DNA of 64,000 bases from Planctomycetota bacterium (GCA_965223545.1 OZ245006.1:3648001-3712000); one strand, 5' to 3'; counted from the stretch's first letter, positions 42,587-54,099 are shown. Notes: generated by a model not told the origin, from the letters alone. Numbers and translations are program-made.

Positions 42587-42844
42587 ATGAGCAAGACGAC
42601 CAGCTTCAACCTCGGCGACCACTTCGAAGGCTTCATCGCCGACCAGGTCGCGAGCGGCCAGTTCGGCAACAAGAGCGAAGTGATCCGCGCGGCGCTCCGC
42701 GACATGGAAGAAAGGCAACGCCGGGTAGCTACGCTGCAGATGATGCAGCGCAGCTTGGAAGACATCGACGCTGGCCGGACGAAGCCGGCCAAGCAAGCCA
42801 TCCGAGAGGCCGCCGAGGAACTCGGCCTCAAGCTGGACAGATGA
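42587..42844 (+). CDS. parD: ParD-family antitoxin (ribbon-helix-helix)
   Basis: TSFNLGDHFEGFIADQVASGQFGNKSEVIRAALR; AAGGAG RBS; AT-rich promoter region upstream. Confidence 0.88.
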   Translation: MSKTTSFNLGDHFEGFIADQVASGQFGNKSEVIRAALRDMEERQRRVATLQMMQRSLEDIDAGRTKPAKQAIREAAEELGLKLDR

Positions 42845-43200
42845 AGCGCTACGCGGTCGAGGTGACCAACACCACCGCGGCCGCGATCGTGGATCACGCA
42901 CGCTACATCGCGATCGAACGTCAGAACCTCAGAACGCGCAGGGCTGGCTCGAGTCCGCCTGGGACAAGGTCGACTCGCACCAGACCATGCCCAAGCGGTG
43001 CGCGATCGCGCCCGAAGACGAAGACGTGCCGTACGAGGTGCGCGCCATCCTCGTTGGAAGTGTCTCGCTCCTCTTCACTGTCGACGACGAACGATCAACC
43101 GTCTAGGTGATCGCAGTGCCCGGTGAGGGGCAGCTTCCACGACCAGAGAGCCTGCCGCCGTCACTGAGCAATCTGCAGGACGCCGACGGAGAGTACGGGC
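42841..43200 (+). pseudogene. RelE/ParE-family toxin, frameshifted and with an internal stop
   Basis: ATGA overlap with parD; MKRYAVEVT..A..I....YIA then another frame NAQGWL...MPKRCAIAPE...YEVR...LLFTVD...V*VI. Confidence 0.75.
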
Positions 43201-43356
43201 CGCTTCGAAAGGCGACCCGCTGGCAGGAAACACGAGACCATGCGACTGTCGGTTGCCCGCTCCTGTTTGACGCAGCGGCGTGGTCCGAGCGAGAGCGTCA
43301 AGGGTTTGATGCGAATCAGAGAACAGATCACCAGAATGGTGGCCGTTGGCCGAGTT

Positions 43357-45849
43357 TCAGAGCCCCGGACGCACCCACAGACACTGAGTCGTCGCGAAGC
43401 CACCGGCACTTGGGTCGTGCACGAATGCCTGCACGAAGACGTCATCGGCCCACGTCATCGTCGCCGGCAGTTGCAGCGTCAGCTGAAAGTTGCCACCGGC
43501 ATCTGCGTTCTGGAGCAGCGCTCCCTCGATCGACGGCATCACGACTACACCGCTGAGCGGCACGCACGCGAGGCGCTGACCGAAGACCAGCAGCACCTGC
43601 GCACCGGGCGCGGTCCCCGAGACATCGAGGGCCACGCGCCCTCCCGGCACGACCGCGCCTTGGCCGGTCAGGCTCGGCGACATCGCCGTCGCCCCGCCGT
43701 TGGCCCCGCCAAGGTCGACGAACACACCGGCCACCGCCGGCCGCGCACGCACCGAGAGATAGAGACTGCTGCCATCGGCCGCAGCCGCCTGCATCGCCGC
43801 GCCGGTCGCCGGCGCCGGGTCGAGGTAACGCAGGCCGCCGGCGGTGCGCAGCGGTCCGTCGATCGATGGGCCGACCATCGGCGTCGCCCGCAACGACGAC
43901 ACCTGCGCCACCAGCCGATAGCTCCGTCCCTGTCCGAGCAGCCAGTCCACGGGTACGCGTTGGCGGTGGTTGCGCACACCGGCAGGCAGCTGCAGCTCGG
44001 CGACGACGCGGGGCTGGGGATCGGTGACATCCCAGAGCACCGCATGCGCGGCCCCACCGGGCATGGCGAAGCCCGCGCCAGGCTGGCCATCCACCGCGAC
44101 CTCGGTAATGCGCACAGGCCCGCTCGCCGGCGTGGTGTCGAACGCCAGTCCGACGAACGCCTGCGGCGAGCCGCTCGGCTGCAACGCCGCGAGCGGCGCG
44201 CCCGGGCCCGGGACCGCCAGTCCACCACCCGCCGCGTCGGTGGCCGGTGCCTCCGCCGGCTGCGGCACGACGTCGCAGCCGCCGCGGCGGACGCGACCAC
44301 TGCGGAACACCTCGACCTCGCCACCCGCCAGGTCGGCGAAGGCGACGCGCAGGAGCGGATTGACGTTGTGATCGACCCGGTGCCGGCCCACGGTCCCGGC
44401 GAACTCGACGGCAATGTCGACGTCGTCCTCACCGAGCGCCAGGGCGAACGGCAACGCGTACTCATCCTGGTTGAGGTATCCCGCCGCGCTCGAGGTGAAC
44501 CGAAGCTGGGACACACCGGTGCTGCGCGCGCGCACGGTGACGCGGGCGCCGAACTCGTTGGCCAGCCCACCCGGCACTGCCAGCGAATCCCGCAGCGGAC
44601 GCACGCGCACCGTGCGGCGCGCCGTCGCCGGCGTCTGCCGATCGTAGGTCGTGTTCTCGTACAGTCGGCCCCGGTCGCCCCAGTTGGCGATCAGACAGTC
44701 GACGTCGCCATCGCGATCCCAGTCCGCCCAGCACGGTGCGGCCGTGGTGATGTGCGCCGCCGGAATGCTGTGCGGCGCGACGCGCAGGCTGCGCTGGCCG
44801 GTCTCGCGCCACAGGTTCTGCCGGAACACCTCGCGCGTGGTCAGGTCCAGATCGCCATCTTGATCCCAGTCCGCAACCGAGATGCCGAGCTGGATTCCGG
44901 CCGACGGAGTCTCGACGACGCCGTCCTCGCGCGCGAATGTCCCGTCGCCGCGGTTCTCCCACAGCACGATGCCGCTGGCCCAGTAGGACACGAACAGGTC
45001 GAGGTCGCCGTCGAGGTCGTAGTCGGCGAACACGGTTCCTTCGTCGAGCTCGCGGCGCTGTCCGATCCCCGAGGTCGTCTCGGCCAGCGGCACGAACCGC
45101 GGCGCGCCCGGCGCGGACGCGTTCTGGTAGAGCGTCCCGTTGGAGTAGAGGTCGAGGTCGCCGTCGCCGTCGAGGTCGACGAACTGCGCGCCCTCGGGCC
45201 GCGCCGAACCCGGCGTGTTGATCAGTCCCGCGGCCGCCGTCGCGGTCACGAAGCGGTACGCGCCGCCCGGCCCGGTCGGACCCTGATTGTGGAAGAACAC
45301 GTTGGAGCTGGACCCACCGGGCGGCGTCCCCGGCGGATAGGCCGGCACGAAGAGATCGAGGTTGCCGTCCCCATCGACGTCACCCCAGCAGATCGTCTCG
45401 GCATTCATGTCCGCGACTGCCGCGATGATCGTCCCCTGTGGGTCGGCGACCTGCCGGAACCGGCCGCCGCCGAGGTTCTGCAGCAACCGGAACTCCGCCG
45501 GCAGCGTTTGCCAGACCCGCGGCTCGATGGCCAGATCGGGCAAACCGTCGTTGTCGTAGTCGCCGGCGGAAGAGCCGTACTTGATGCCCGCACCGATCAC
45601 GCCCGAGAGGTTTGCGGTCAGCCGCCAGGAAACCCCGCCCAGGTTGCGCCAGAGCTCTCCCCCCAGCGCGTTGAACACGTCGACCCACCCGTCGCCGTCG
45701 TAGTCGACCACGGCAAGTCCTCGTGTGCTGCCGAAGTCGATTCCGGCGGGGAACTCGGCGCTGGTCCAGCGGCGCAGCGGAACGGAGACCACTTGGGCAG
45801 CGGCTCCCACTGCCAGGAGAGCGATCGCGATCGTCGGGCGGGCGAACAT
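43357..45849 (-). CDS. FG-GAP repeat / CRTAC1 (ASPIC-UnbV)-like secreted protein
   Basis: Repeats DYDGDGWVD, DYDNDGLPDL, DVDGDGNLDL, DLDGDGDLDL; NEFGARVTV, GYLNQ; signal MFARPTIAIALLAVGAAAQ. Confidence 0.85.
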   Translation of the reverse strand: MFARPTIAIALLAVGAAAQVVSVPLRRWTSAEFPAGIDFGSTRGLAVVDYDGDGWVDVFNALGGELWRNLGGVSWRLTANLSGVIGAGIKYGSSAGDYDNDGLPDLAIEPRVWQTLPAEFRLLQNLGGGRFRQVADPQGTIIAAVADMNAETICWGDVDGDGNLDLFVPAYPPGTPPGGSSSNVFFHNQGPTGPGGAYRFVTATAAAGLINTPGSARPEGAQFVDLDGDGDLDLYSNGTLYQNASAPGAPRFVPLAETTSGIGQRRELDEGTVFADYDLDGDLDLFVSYWASGIVLWENRGDGTFAREDGVVETPSAGIQLGISVADWDQDGDLDLTTREVFRQNLWRETGQRSLRVAPHSIPAAHITTAAPCWADWDRDGDVDCLIANWGDRGRLYENTTYDRQTPATARRTVRVRPLRDSLAVPGGLANEFGARVTVRARSTGVSQLRFTSSAAGYLNQDEYALPFALALGEDDVDIAVEFAGTVGRHRVDHNVNPLLRVAFADLAGGEVEVFRSGRVRRGGCDVVPQPAEAPATDAAGGGLAVPGPGAPLAALQPSGSPQAFVGLAFDTTPASGPVRITEVAVDGQPGAGFAMPGGAAHAVLWDVTDPQPRVVAELQLPAGVRNHRQRVPVDWLLGQGRSYRLVAQVSSLRATPMVGPSIDGPLRTAGGLRYLDPAPATGAAMQAAAADGSSLYLSVRARPAVAGVFVDLGGANGGATAMSPSLTGQGAVVPGGRVALDVSGTAPGAQVLLVFGQRLACVPLSGVVVMPSIEGALLQNADAGGNFQLTLQLPATMTWADDVFVQAFVHDPSAGGFATTQCLWVRPGL

Positions 45850-46011
45850 CTGCAAGAGCTTGCCGGGGCGCGGCGCGGCTGCTGCGCGCTTTTCCGGGTT
45901 GCGCGGATTCCCGCAGGGCCCAGGCCGGGCGGTAACGCTCCCGCAAGTGCTGGCGACCCTCGAGAGGGAGTCCGTCGCTGGACTCCCCTTCACCACGAAC
46001 GGAGACCCACG

Positions 46012-48087
46012 ATGACTGCGCCGGTTCGCTCGCTCCTCCTCCTGACCATCGCATTCTGGATTCCCCGGTCGGCGCCAGCTCAGCAGACCATCCACGTTCC
46101 CCCTCCACACGTCGGAGGAGACGACACCGCGGAGATCCTGAATGCGATGGGCCAGCTCACCGACGGTGACACGCTTCAGTTCAGCAGCGGGACGTACGAT
46201 GTCGCGTTATCCGGCTACCCGAACGGCATCGCCCTCACCTTCTCGAGCATCAGCGATCTGACCGTTGCGGGCGATCCCGGAGGGACGACGCTCGCCTTCC
46301 ACGGATTCGACCCCACGGTTCACGGTGACAACCTGACGCTCTGGTATGCGGGGCTCGTGTTTCAGAACTGCGACCGCGTGACGGTCGAGGACTTGGACGT
46401 TGAGGTTGTGCGTCCCCTCGCCACCGAAGGCGAGATCGTCTCCGTGCATTTCCCCGCCGCGGACCAAGCCGTCGTACACGTCCGGACCACCGACCCCCAG
46501 ATGGTCATCGCACCCGGAACATGGACGCTGCTGCAGCTCTCTCCGGTCTACAACGCCGCGCACGCAAATGCAGGGCAGCTCGTCGAACGCGCCCTCATCG
46601 GATCAGCAACAAGCGCGACTGCCAAGCTGAACGCCGCCCCTCCCGCCGGGTCGCAGCAAGACATCCTGATCAACTTCACGGGACTCGCGACCTGGGAGGT
46701 CGCGCGCTTCACCCATATGGATTCGATCAAGAGCGATCTCACCGCCGTGATCATGCATCAGAAGCGCTCCTTCCCCTGCACGGGAGGGCTATTCCAGGAC
46801 TGCGAGGACGTGACCGTGGTCCGTTCCGCCTTTCGCTCGTTCGTGAAGGGCACCTCCCTCGAACGCTGTTGAAACGCCGAGTTCGAGGACGTCACGATCG
46901 AGCCGCGCCTTCCTACGTGGAACGTCGGGTCGACGCGAGGTGGCTTCGGCGGCACCTACGGGATCGCTGGCAGCCTCGAGTACACGCGCTGTCAGGTCTC
47001 GGGTGCGTTCGATGAGGGCCTGGACGTCACCGGCCACATCTGGGCCAAGGTCAACACCTGGGAGCCGATGACCAACAAGCTACGCGTTTCTTCGTCGAAG
47101 CCCACCAAGGTCGACGCAGGCCTAGACCCTGCCAACTGGGGGGCCGGGAGCCTCGCTGCGGGCGACCAGGTTTGGGTCTACGAGCCGGATCTCGGCGAAC
47201 CCAAGGCAGTGTTCGAGATCGTCTCCGCGATCTCGACCAACCCGACTCCGCCCAAGGCTCCGTGGATCTTGACCCTCAACCCCATCATCTACGACCCGTC
47301 CAATCCCCCCTCCGACGACGATCCGGTCTCGTTGCGCGGGAACATCTACGACAGCGTCGTGGTCGAGCAGTGTCAGTTCACCGGTGGCAGGGGCGTCGGG
47401 GTCATGCTGTCCGGCCCGAACGTCGTGGTCCGCGACTGCATCTTCACGAACCTGGCGCGCTCCGCGATCCGAGTGCAGACAGTGTTCGACGTCACGCTCG
47501 ATCTGAACTCGGCGGGCCCACCACCGCACAACGTCACGATCGAGAACAACGTCGTGAACCAGTGCAACGCCTGGAGCAACAAGGACTGGCCCTGGGACTC
47601 CATGGTTCACTGGGGACAAGCGATCGGGGCCATCGACGTCTCGGTGATGTACGAGCAAAACACCAACCTCATCCGCGCCCCCCGGTCGGCGGTGCACAAC
47701 GTGCTCATCACCGGAAACGCCGTGCAAGCGACCGAACGCGCCGGCATCTGCGTGGCATCCACGACGAATGCGACCATCGAGGGCAACGTGTTCGGGCCGG
47801 CCGTCGCCTCCCACTTCTTGGGTACCCCGGCGGTCGAGAACTCGCTCGTCTACCTCGAGAACTGCCTGACTGTCTCGGTGGTTGGCAACTCAACGCGGCC
47901 AGGGCCGCAACCAAACACGGAGCGTTCCGCGACCCGAGCGTCGGTCGCGGGTCCCGCGGTCGCCGGCGGCCGCGCTGAGCCCAGAGGCCAGTGTTGTCTT
48001 CGAGCCTCCGGGAGCTGCGTTGTCGAAGTTCCAGCGGCATCGAGCCTTCCGAGAGGTTGTCGCAGCGCGAAGATTTGCGGACCCTGA
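46012..48087 (+). pseudogene. Right-handed parallel beta-helix protein (GH110-like) interrupted by one in-frame TGA at 46870-46872
   Basis: GGAG RBS, signal peptide, GDDTAEI, FQNCDRVTVEDL, FQDCEDVTV, GAFDEGLDV, NVTIENN; the frame continues after the TGA into ORF 47068-48087. Confidence 0.75.
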
Positions 48088-48209
48088 GGCTCAACGGTCC
48101 CCGGGCAACCGGCGGGCGTGGTCTCGCTTCGCATCGGGCCCGATGTGACGAACGTGCACGACTCGGGAAACACCTGGTGAGCACCGCCCGCCCGCTGAAT
48201 CTCGGTTGT

Positions 48210-51200
48210 TCAGCGCGGCGCCACGCGCGCGTGCTGGCCCGCGATGATCTCGAAGGCGGCAACGGGCTCCCAGTTCTGCACGGAGGTCCGGTCGTCCTCG
48301 CGCCGCCGCAACTCCACCGACCCCGCGGGCAGAGCGTCGATGCGGTGCGTGCCGTCGCCGCCCGGGTCGAACCGGTACGTGAACTTCGGGGCGTCGTCGG
48401 GAGTGCTCATCCACACCAGCGCGTACCCTTCGTGCCGATCTTGTTCGGGCGGAGAACTCGACGCGGGAAGGTCCACGAGCTCGACGCCACCGGTGGGCAC
48501 TTGGAGGTAGAACGAGTTGGGGCCCTCGCCGACCGTCACGCTCTGCCGCACTTCGAGCTGGCCACCCGCGGGCAACCGCCCGAAGAAGGAGAGCGACGCC
48601 ATGCCAGTGGCTCCGCGCTGCGAGAACGATCCGTCGGCCGCCGTCTTCGTGAACACACGCGGGCCCTGACTCCACAAGCTGACACGCCAACCGCCGCAAT
48701 CAATCCCGTCGAGCACCAGACGACCCCGCAGCTCGGCGCCATAGCGGCCGGTCAGGTCCACGTCGAACACGGAGGTCCGTCCCGGCAACAGTTGCACGTC
48801 GACCGGCAGCGCGTCGAGTTCGCGATCCGGCCAAGTGCGCGCCATGCGCAGCCATTTCTGATCGTCGGTTTCGCACGCCCGCACCTGCCAGCCGCCGGGC
48901 GCGAGCCCGTCGAACCGAAACCGACCGTCCGCGTCCGTCACGCACACTTCGGCGTGGCCGTCGCCACGCGTGGCCGCGATGACCCGCCCCTCGACGCTGG
49001 CGTATCCGCCGGTCAACACGCGGCCCTCGACCGCGGCCGGCTCGGCCAGCGTGATCTCGACGCCCGGGAGAGACATCTCGGGCGAAAGGTCGAGCTCGGC
49101 GGACTCTCCGCGCGCCCAGGCGTCGGCTTCGGCGTGCAAGACGTAGCGCCCGGCCCGATGCACGGACAGCTCGAACCGCCCGTCGGGATCGGTCTTCGCC
49201 GTAGGGCCGCGCGCCCCTTGCAACCGCGTGTAGACGTCGCGCGCGAAGCGGTGGTACTTCCGGCGCGGGTCGAGCCAGTGCACATGGACCGTCGCGCCCT
49301 CCAGCGGCTGGCCGGCCGCGAGCACGCGACCGGTGACGACGCCGGCTTCGCGCAGCTGGACCTCGACGCGCGCGGGCACTTCGTCCGGCTCGAAGGGCCC
49401 GAGCCGCGCCGGCAGGTAACCGTTCGCCTGCACCGTCAGCGAGAACTCCTGTTCGGGCACCACCGCCAGGCGCCGGCCGTCCTGACCTTCTTCCCAACCG
49501 AGGTGGAGGTGGCCACCCCGTTCGTCGTAGGCCCAAGCTCCGGTCGGCTCGATCGGGCGGCCACGCGCATCGGCCACGACGAGCTCGAACAGCCGCTTCG
49601 CGCGGAACTGCAGCACGACATCGTGGGTTCCCGCCGCGATGTCGTGTAGCAGGAGCTGACGTCGCCCGCGGCCGTGCTGCTCGACTTCAAGGGTGTAGCG
49701 TGCGCCGGACAAGACGACGGCGGAGAAAGAGCCGTCGCTGCCCGAGGACGCATAGGTCTTGGCGTTGATGTTGCGCGGTCCGCGGTCGTCGAACACCGCG
49801 ATTCGCGCGTCCGCGATCGGCCCGCCGGACTCGTCACGCACGTGGCCCGCGATGAGGTTGTCCGAAGGAACGCTTCCGAGCGTGAGAACCGGCGCCTCGG
49901 CTTCTCCACCGGCCGGCACCGCGATCGGCGCGGTGTAGGTGCACAGCCGGCCAGCGCGGCGCGCGACCACAGAAACTCGACCGGCCGGTACGCCCTCGAA
50001 CCGATAACGTCCCAGATCGTCGGTCTCGGCCGAAGCCCGGAGCCCGTCCCCGAGGCCGGTGAAACCCTCACCGTAGACACGGCGGTGTTCTTCGGTAGGG
50101 CCCGACGATGCCGTAGCCCCCTGCACGACCCAGACGCGCGCACGCGCGGCCGGTTCGCCGTCGACGTCGCGCACGCTTCCCGACAGCGCTCCGCCTGGCG
50201 ACAAGACCAGCTCGCCCAAAGAAATCTCGAGAACGCCGGTGTCCTGCACGGGCTCTCTTCGCGTCAGGGTCGTCAGGCTCTCGCCGGCCGCCTCGACCAC
50301 GATCCAATGGTGGTTGCCGTCGGTGAGCTCCGCGGGCCAGGCGACTTCGAGCGTCGCGCGCCCGTCTCGATCCGTAACGACGCTCGGGCGCCCCACGACG
50401 TGGGCCGCGGTGAGGTGGGCACCTTCGATGGGCTGGCCGGCCGGGTCCACACACCGGGCGACCACGACGAGTCGCGTGTCGGTTCGCGGGCTCGGGACGG
50501 CGGGTCGCTTGGCAACGACCTCGCGCTCGGGTTCACCGCCGCTTGCGATCGACGCGTCGTTCTCGTCTCGCGTCGCACCGGAGGTCTCGTTTCGGAGGGA
50601 ACCAATCGCGCCCGTGGAGGCAGTGTCGAATCTTGCCGTGGGGTGTGCGGCGTCGGTACCGCGATCCCACAGCAACCAGCTCGTGGCCGCGCCGCCGAGG
50701 ATGGCGATGGCGAGCAACGCTTTGGTGGTGGTCTTCATGAGCCAGACTCCTCCTGGCGTGAACGTCGCCGTGGTCGCGGTGGCCGTGGACCGACGGTCGA
50801 GCAGTGGCAGCAGTGCGAGTGCGAGGGTGCGGGGGTCGCGTTGGTCCCGTGCGAGGCGTGCGCGCAGCACCGCGAGCGTGCGCGAGAGTCGACTGCGCAC
50901 CGCGACGCTCGTGCAACCGAGCTGCCTGGCGATGGTGCGCGGGGGCAGGCCTTCGAAGTATCGCTTCACGACGACTTCGCGGTCGGCGTCCGGCAACGAG
51001 AGGACCGCGTCCAGAAGTCTCCCGTGCGCGAGAATCGACTCGTCAGGATGGACGGCGGGGACATGCTCGGCGCGGGCGGCGGCGCGTTCGCGCGCGGCGC
51101 GGCGGGCGTCGCCGCGCCGCCGCATGCGGGCGGAGTTCTCGGCGACCCGCCCGAGCCAACGGCGCAAGCGGCCCTCGCTGTGCGCTCGATGGGGCGGATG

Positions 51201-51329
51201 CGACAACGCGGCGACCCATGTGTCCTGCACGACGTCGTCCGCCAGGTGCGGATCGCGCACCAGCTGCCGCGCGAGGCAACGAAGCCACGCCGTCTGGGCC
51301 AGCAGCAACTGTGGGTCGACTTCGGTCAC
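48210..51329 (-). CDS. ECF sigma factor fused to a TM segment and carboxypeptidase-regulatory-like repeats
   Basis: ADDVVQDTW, RWLGRVAEN, IARQLG..AVRSRLSR; TM near aa 203-220; repeated beta-sandwich motifs. Confidence 0.88.
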   Translation of the reverse strand: MTEVDPQLLLAQTAWLRCLARQLVRDPHLADDVVQDTWVAALSHPPHRAHSEGRLRRWLGRVAENSARMRRRGDARRAARERAAARAEHVPAVHPDESILAHGRLLDAVLSLPDADREVVVKRYFEGLPPRTIARQLGCTSVAVRSRLSRTLAVLRARLARDQRDPRTLALALLPLLDRRSTATATTATFTPGGVWLMKTTTKALLAIAILGGAATSWLLWDRGTDAAHPTARFDTASTGAIGSLRNETSGATRDENDASIASGGEPEREVVAKRPAVPSPRTDTRLVVVARCVDPAGQPIEGAHLTAAHVVGRPSVVTDRDGRATLEVAWPAELTDGNHHWIVVEAAGESLTTLTRREPVQDTGVLEISLGELVLSPGGALSGSVRDVDGEPAARARVWVVQGATASSGPTEEHRRVYGEGFTGLGDGLRASAETDDLGRYRFEGVPAGRVSVVARRAGRLCTYTAPIAVPAGGEAEAPVLTLGSVPSDNLIAGHVRDESGGPIADARIAVFDDRGPRNINAKTYASSGSDGSFSAVVLSGARYTLEVEQHGRGRRQLLLHDIAAGTHDVVLQFRAKRLFELVVADARGRPIEPTGAWAYDERGGHLHLGWEEGQDGRRLAVVPEQEFSLTVQANGYLPARLGPFEPDEVPARVEVQLREAGVVTGRVLAAGQPLEGATVHVHWLDPRRKYHRFARDVYTRLQGARGPTAKTDPDGRFELSVHRAGRYVLHAEADAWARGESAELDLSPEMSLPGVEITLAEPAAVEGRVLTGGYASVEGRVIAATRGDGHAEVCVTDADGRFRFDGLAPGGWQVRACETDDQKWLRMARTWPDRELDALPVDVQLLPGRTSVFDVDLTGRYGAELRGRLVLDGIDCGGWRVSLWSQGPRVFTKTAADGSFSQRGATGMASLSFFGRLPAGGQLEVRQSVTVGEGPNSFYLQVPTGGVELVDLPASSSPPEQDRHEGYALVWMSTPDDAPKFTYRFDPGGDGTHRIDALPAGSVELRRREDDRTSVQNWEPVAAFEIIAGQHARVAPR

Positions 51330-51635
51330 GCCCCTTCAGGATGCCACCGACCCCGAACCGTGGCAGGAAACGTGGGGTGCCCCAATGCGCGCGGGACCCG
51401 TTCACGACCTGCGGGCCGCTCACGCAATCGGCCGCGCCGGCTCTGGCCCGACGAGCGGAAGGTGCACGATGCCCGAGGGCGACTCGGTGAAACCGGCGCA
51501 GCCGGGACCGGGCCTTTCGGTCCAATTTGTCCTTCCTGGCGCGCATCTACCACAGAGGTTGTCCCTTGGCGCATCTTGCCCGATTCTCCGCTCCGACCAA
51601 ATTGGCCCGATTGACACCATCGCCCACTCCCAGCC

Positions 51636-53132
51636 ATGCTGCGCGTTCTCATGCGCGCCGATCTCCCCACCCTCCGCCGCGGCGATGCCGAGCCACTGGT
51701 CGACCAGCTCGTCGACCAGCTGCGGCGGCAGATCCAAAGCGGCCGCCGTCGACCGGGCGAACGGCTGCCGACGATCCGCGCGGCGGCGTCCGGGATGGGG
51801 GTCACGCGGGCGACTGTGCAGGAGGCCTACCGGCGGCTCGCGGAGGCGGGCCTCGTTCTCGCGACGGTGGGCCGCGGCACAGTCGTGCGCGATGGCGTGC
51901 CCGCGTCGGGGGACGCAGTCTTCAGCCCCGGCGCGCAAGCGGCCTTCGAGCAAGAGCGCTGCGCACCACCGGCGCCGGCACCACCGCCTGGCGTGCAGGT
52001 CGAGGTCAGCTTTGCCGAGCTGCTGCCCGACATCGAGCTGCTGCCGGTCGACGAATTCCGCGGGTGCATCGAACGCGAGCTGCGCCAGCACGGCGCCGAC
52101 CTATTGGTTTACGGCCACCCGCTCGGTGATCCCGCGCTGCGCGCGCTGTTGGCGCAGCGATCGCACGACGACGAAGACGGCACGGCCGATCCCGACGAGA
52201 TCCTCATCACCAGTGGCGCACAGCAGGGCATCGACCTGGTGCTGCGCACGTTCACGTCGCCCGGCGACGCGGTGGCGGTGCCGGTGCCGACCTATTCGCT
52301 GCTGTTCGGCCTCCTGCGCGCGCACGGACTGACCCTGGTGCCGCTGCAGTACGGCGCGGACGGACTCGATCCGGACGAGCTGCGGCGCGTGTTGGCGCAG
52401 CCCGGAATGCGTCTGCTCTACGTGATGCCGTCGTTCCAAAACCCCACTGGACGCTCGATGGATCTCGACCAGCGGCAGGCGCTGATGGACGTCGCGCACG
52501 ACAGCCGGGTGCCGGTGCTCGAGGACGAGTTCCAGCACGAGCTGCGCTTCCGCGGCGCGGCACCGCCCTCGCTGCGCGCACTCGACGACCGCCAGCTGAC
52601 CGTCACCGTGCGCACGTTCAGCAAGGGACTGTTTCCGGGGGTCCGCACCGGCTGGGTGCGCGCCTCGCGCGAAGTGCTGGCGCGGATGGCCGCGCTGAAG
52701 CGCGCCACCGATCTCGACACCAGCCCGCTGCTGCAGGCGGCGATGGTCGAGTTCACGCGGTGCGGCGCGCTCGACCGACACCTCACCGCAGTGCGCAAGG
52801 AGCTCGAAGCGCGGCACGCCACCGCGCAGCGCGCCCTGCGCGACCACATGCCACCGCAGACCCGCAGCAGCGCGCCGGACGGCGGCTTCGCGCTGTGGGT
52901 CGAGGTTCTCGGAGTCGACGGCACGCGGCTCGCCGAGCTCGCGGCCGCGCGCGGTGTCTTGGTCGCGCCGGGACGCACCTTTTTCCCAGACGGCGCCGCT
53001 TCGTCCGGCATTCGACTGTCTTTGTCGCGCAGCCCGACCACTGACGTCGAGCACGGCATCCGCGTGCTCGGCGAATGCGCGCACGAGCTGCAGCGCGACA
53101 CCCGCCATCCCCAACACCGCATCTTCCTCTGA
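51636..53132 (+). CDS. pdxR: MocR/GntR PLP-dependent transcriptional regulator (PdxR-like)
   Basis: GERLPTIR...[13 protein letters not shown]...[39 protein letters not shown]; directly upstream of pdxST. Confidence 0.85.
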   Translation: MLRVLMRADLPTLRRGDAEPLVDQLVDQLRRQIQSGRRRPGERLPTIRAAASGMGVTRATVQEAYRRLAEAGLVLATVGRGTVVRDGVPASGDAVFSPGAQAAFEQERCAPPAPAPPPGVQVEVSFAELLPDIELLPVDEFRGCIERELRQHGADLLVYGHPLGDPALRALLAQRSHDDEDGTADPDEILITSGAQQGIDLVLRTFTSPGDAVAVPVPTYSLLFGLLRAHGLTLVPLQYGADGLDPDELRRVLAQPGMRLLYVMPSFQNPTGRSMDLDQRQALMDVAHDSRVPVLEDEFQHELRFRGAAPPSLRALDDRQLTVTVRTFSKGLFPGVRTGWVRASREVLARMAALKRATDLDTSPLLQAAMVEFTRCGALDRHLTAVRKELEARHATAQRALRDHMPPQTRSSAPDGGFALWVEVLGVDGTRLAELAAARGVLVAPGRTFFPDGAASSGIRLSLSRSPTTDVEHGIRVLGECAHELQRDTRHPQHRIFL

Positions 53133-53166
53133 GCCGCACTCCCTCCGAGCCGCATCTTCTTCCGAG
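53117..53166 (+). repeat. Three imperfect 16-17 bp direct repeats
   Basis: CCGCATCTTCCTCTGAG / CCGCACTCCCTCCGAG / CCGCATCTTCTTCCGAG. Confidence 0.75.
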
Positions 53167-53181
53167 TCAAAGAGAACACAC

Positions 53182-54099
53182 ATGACAACGCATGACGTGA
53201 CCCCCGAGATCCCGGGCTTCACCGCGGACGAGGTCCGCACCAAGATCGGCTTCTGCGAGCAGCTCAAGGGCGGCGTGATCATGGACGTCGTCACGCCCGA
53301 CCAAGCGCGCATCGCCGAAGAGGCCGGCGCCGCCGCGGTGATGGCACTCGAGCGCGTTCCCGCCGACATCCGCCGCGACGGCGGCGTCGCCCGCGCCTCC
53401 GATCCGGAGATGATCAAGGGCATCCAGGCGGCGGTCTCGATTCCGGTGATGGCCAAGGTGCGCATCGGCCACTTCGTCGAGGCGCAGGTGCTCGAAGCGC
53501 TCGAGGTCGACTGCATCGACGAGAGCGAAGTGCTCACGCCTGCGGACGAGGAGTTCCACGTCGACAAGCGCGGCTTCAAGACACCGTTCGTCTGCGGCTG
53601 CCGCAACTTGGGCGAGGCGCTGCGCCGCATCCACGAGGGCGCCGCCATGATCCGCACCAAGGGCGAGGCGGGCACTGGTGACGTGGTCGAGGCGGTGCGC
53701 CACCTGCGCGCCGTCAGCAGTGCGATGACCGCGCTGCGCGGCCTCGACGAGCGCGGCCTCGAGCAGAAGGCCAACGAGTACCGCGTGCCGGTCGAGCTGG
53801 TCGCCTGGGTCGCCGAGTGCCAGCGCCTGCCGGTGCCCAACTTCTCTGCGGGCGGCGTCGCGACGCCGGCCGACGCCGGCCTGATGATGCAGCTCGGTGC
53901 GCAGGCCGTTTTCGTCGGCAGCGGCATCTTCAAGTCCGACGACCCGGCCAAGCGCGCGCGCGCCATCGTGCGCGCGGTCACGCACTACCAGGACGGCGCC
54001 GTGCTGGCCGAGGTGTCGACCGGTCTGGGCGCGCCGATGCGCGGCCGCCAGGCCTCCGAGCTCGGCGAGGACGAGCAGCTCGCGCGGCGCGGTTGGTGA
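53182..54099 (+). CDS. pdxS: Pyridoxal 5'-phosphate synthase lyase subunit
   Basis: [77 protein letters not shown] end. Confidence 0.97.
   Translation: MTTHDVTPEIPGFTADEVRTKIGFCEQLKGGVIMDVVTPDQARIAEEAGAAAVMALERVPADIRRDGGVARASDPEMIKGIQAAVSIPVMAKVRIGHFVEAQVLEALEVDCIDESEVLTPADEEFHVDKRGFKTPFVCGCRNLGEALRRIHEGAAMIRTKGEAGTGDVVEAVRHLRAVSSAMTALRGLDERGLEQKANEYRVPVELVAWVAECQRLPVPNFSAGGVATPADAGLMMQLGAQAVFVGSGIFKSDDPAKRARAIVRAVTHYQDGAVLAEVSTGLGAPMRGRQASELGEDEQLARRGW

Noticed and set aside
43240..46011. N-terminal ~920 aa of the 1210-aa ORF
   Set aside because: Antisense to the FG-GAP gene; the real start is ATG 46012 with an RBS and signal peptide.
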